Positions 62,757-64,000 of a stretch of 64,000 bases of DNA are shown here, one piece after another. The position numbers and the translations under genes were made by a program. Each line of letters begins with the position of its first letter. Within the stretch, counting starts at the first letter, position 1. The notes beneath the pieces are model-generated. The model did not search any database. It had not been told where the DNA came from and worked only from the letters and a program-made list of their open reading frames with translations. Source of the DNA: Gammaproteobacteria bacterium (GTDB lineage Bacteria > Pseudomonadota > Gammaproteobacteria > QZLD01); NCBI GenBank assembly GCA_004796365.1, contig QZLE01000154.1:4493-68492 (forward strand). The letters run 5' to 3'.

Positions 62757-63053
62757 ATGGGAATCTCAACTTTAGTATCAGATGACAAAAAGAAGCTTAC
62801 GTTTCAGGTTTCAGGAAATATGGATTTTAGTATCGTCCGTCCACTATTTGGAACGGCGAATGATTATGCATCTGATGAGACAACGTTTATTATCAATTTT
62901 GACAAGCAGACAAACGTTCATGACTCCGGGCTTGGTGCAATTCTGCATTTGGCTGAGATTAAACATGAGTCAATTAGGTTGGAAAATTGCCCGAAAGAGG
63001 TTTCTGCAAAGATAGAAAATTCCAGTTTAAAAGAGCTGGTGTATATAGCTTAG
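62757..63053 (+). CDS. STAS-domain (anti-sigma-factor-antagonist-like) protein
   Basis: 98 aa; ...FDKQTNVHDSGLGAILHLAE... matches the STAS core DSSGLG motif. Confidence 0.5.
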   Translation: MGISTLVSDDKKKLTFQVSGNMDFSIVRPLFGTANDYASDETTFIINFDKQTNVHDSGLGAILHLAEIKHESIRLENCPKEVSAKIENSSLKELVYIA

Positions 63054-63249
63054 TAATATAAAAAAAAGATTAACACGTCCATACCCGCATTAGCGGGAAT
63101 AAAGGATAATTTTCTTTAATTATCCTTTTCCATTTACAAAACATCTAAGCAGTAATATCCTAGCCGCATCATATATATTTAATTATTAATAATTAAGCAC
63201 TTATTTAAAGCAGTATTTGCTGCTGCTAGTTATTGCGGATGCATCTGAA

Positions 63250-64000
63250 ATGGTTGAGCTATCAGGTTATACCAATTTAAAAGAGATAATGCTATCGAAT
63301 GGGTTTTCAGTTTTTCGGGCTCAAAGAGAAAGTGATAATCTAAATGTTTTTATAAAGGTGTTAGATGCTGGTCGCGTAACTATTGAGATAGCAAATCAAT
63401 TTAATAATGAGTTTAAACGCCTTTCAGATTTTGATTTTGAAGGCGTTATTAAACCATTGGCTATGGAAAGTATCGGGGAATATAAGGTTATGGTCTTTGA
63501 AGATCATGGCTTTGCCTTTTTGAATGAGGCAATGCTCGATACTGAGATCAATATTGAAGAAGCATTGGTAATTGCTAATAACCTTATTGTTGCTATTGGG
63601 GAGTTGCATTCATGGCAAATAGTTCACGGCAAAATCTGTCCTCGTGATATTCTCTATGATCCTGAAACTAAAAATGTCATGCTGTTTGGTGCTGGTATAT
63701 TTGATACTTCCTTTTTTTGGGAAAAAGATCCTGAGTGGAAAAAACAATATTTATATGTATCCCCTGAAGTAAAGCAGCTGACAAATCATAGGCCTGATTA
63801 CCGGACCGATTATTATTCTTTTGGTGTGATTGTTCACGAGTTACTCGCAGGTTTTCTTCCGTTTTATGATGATTGTATTGATGAATATACATCTCAGAAT
63901 ATTCTAGCAGAATCCTTGTTTTCAGCGCAAAATAGACCAGCTAAAGTACAAATTCCTAATGTAATTGCTGATATTGTCAGAAAGTTACTTGCGCTGGAAC
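63250..64000 (+). CDS. Hanks-type Ser/Thr protein kinase domain protein (3' partial; runs off the window)
   Basis: Hand translation MVELSGYTNLKEIMLSNGFSVFRAQ...VIKPL...HGKICPRDILYD...DYYSFGVIVHELLAGFLPF. Catalytic-loop and subdomain IX signatures are present. Not in the ORF track because no stop is reached. Confidence 0.6.
   Translation, partial: MVELSGYTNLKEIMLSNGFSVFRAQRESDNLNVFIKVLDAGRVTIEIANQFNNEFKRLSDFDFEGVIKPLAMESIGEYKVMVFEDHGFAFLNEAMLDTEINIEEALVIANNLIVAIGELHSWQIVHGKICPRDILYDPETKNVMLFGAGIFDTSFFWEKDPEWKKQYLYVSPEVKQLTNHRPDYRTDYYSFGVIVHELLAGFLPFYDDCIDEYTSQNILAESLFSAQNRPAKVQIPNVIADIVRKLLALE

Noticed and set aside
62545-62769. Two overlapping minus-strand ORFs (74 and 66 aa) in the serS-STAS intergenic region.
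   Set aside because: Extremely AT-rich with low-complexity hydrophobic translations and no RBS; likely non-coding.
63424-63892. Minus-strand ORFs 63424..63609 and 63677..63892.
   Set aside because: They lie antisense inside the plus-strand Ser/Thr kinase partial CDS, which has clear kinase motifs.

Overview
This window looks like core chromosome from a moderately AT-rich gammaproteobacterium. Gene order is Pseudomonas/E. coli-like. RNase E (rne) is divergent from rluC. Then come a HAD phosphatase, an SppA-family peptidase, maf, and the yceD-rpmF-plsX-fabH-fabD-fabG-acpP-fabF-pabC-mltG-tmk-holB-pilZ-tatD block. After a short gap, lolA-rarA follows. Next is a small pocket of signalling and metal genes: an alpha/beta hydrolase, SixA, a GAF sensor with a Cys-rich tail, MtaB, and a MerR regulator with a poly-Cys metal permease. 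The ribD-ribE-ribBA-ribH-nusB riboflavin block follows. Between nusB and a tRNA-Ser lies an apparent accessory segment. It holds two tandem orphan periplasmic binding proteins and a four-gene operon: a signal-less PG-binding/CHAP-like peptidoglycan hydrolase, a coiled-coil membrane protein, an orphan FetB-like permease and a secreted protein. It also holds a ferritin-like ORF and a sensorless hybrid histidine kinase. Downstream are a PEP-CTERM protein, a csiV-like gene overlapping mfd, and a large CHASE-PAS-GAF-GGDEF-EAL protein divergent from lrgAB. Then come a Cache-MCP, a DUF349 giant coiled-coil protein in an operon with a GFA-family protein, crcB and serS. The window ends with a STAS protein followed by a truncated Hanks-type Ser/Thr kinase gene. 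There are two tRNAs, Arg-CCT abutting rne and Ser-UGA. No CRISPR array, IS element or integrase was seen. Notable oddities include in-frame tandem coding repeats in rne and ribD, a C-terminally extended NusB, and several uncharacterised small or sensor proteins.
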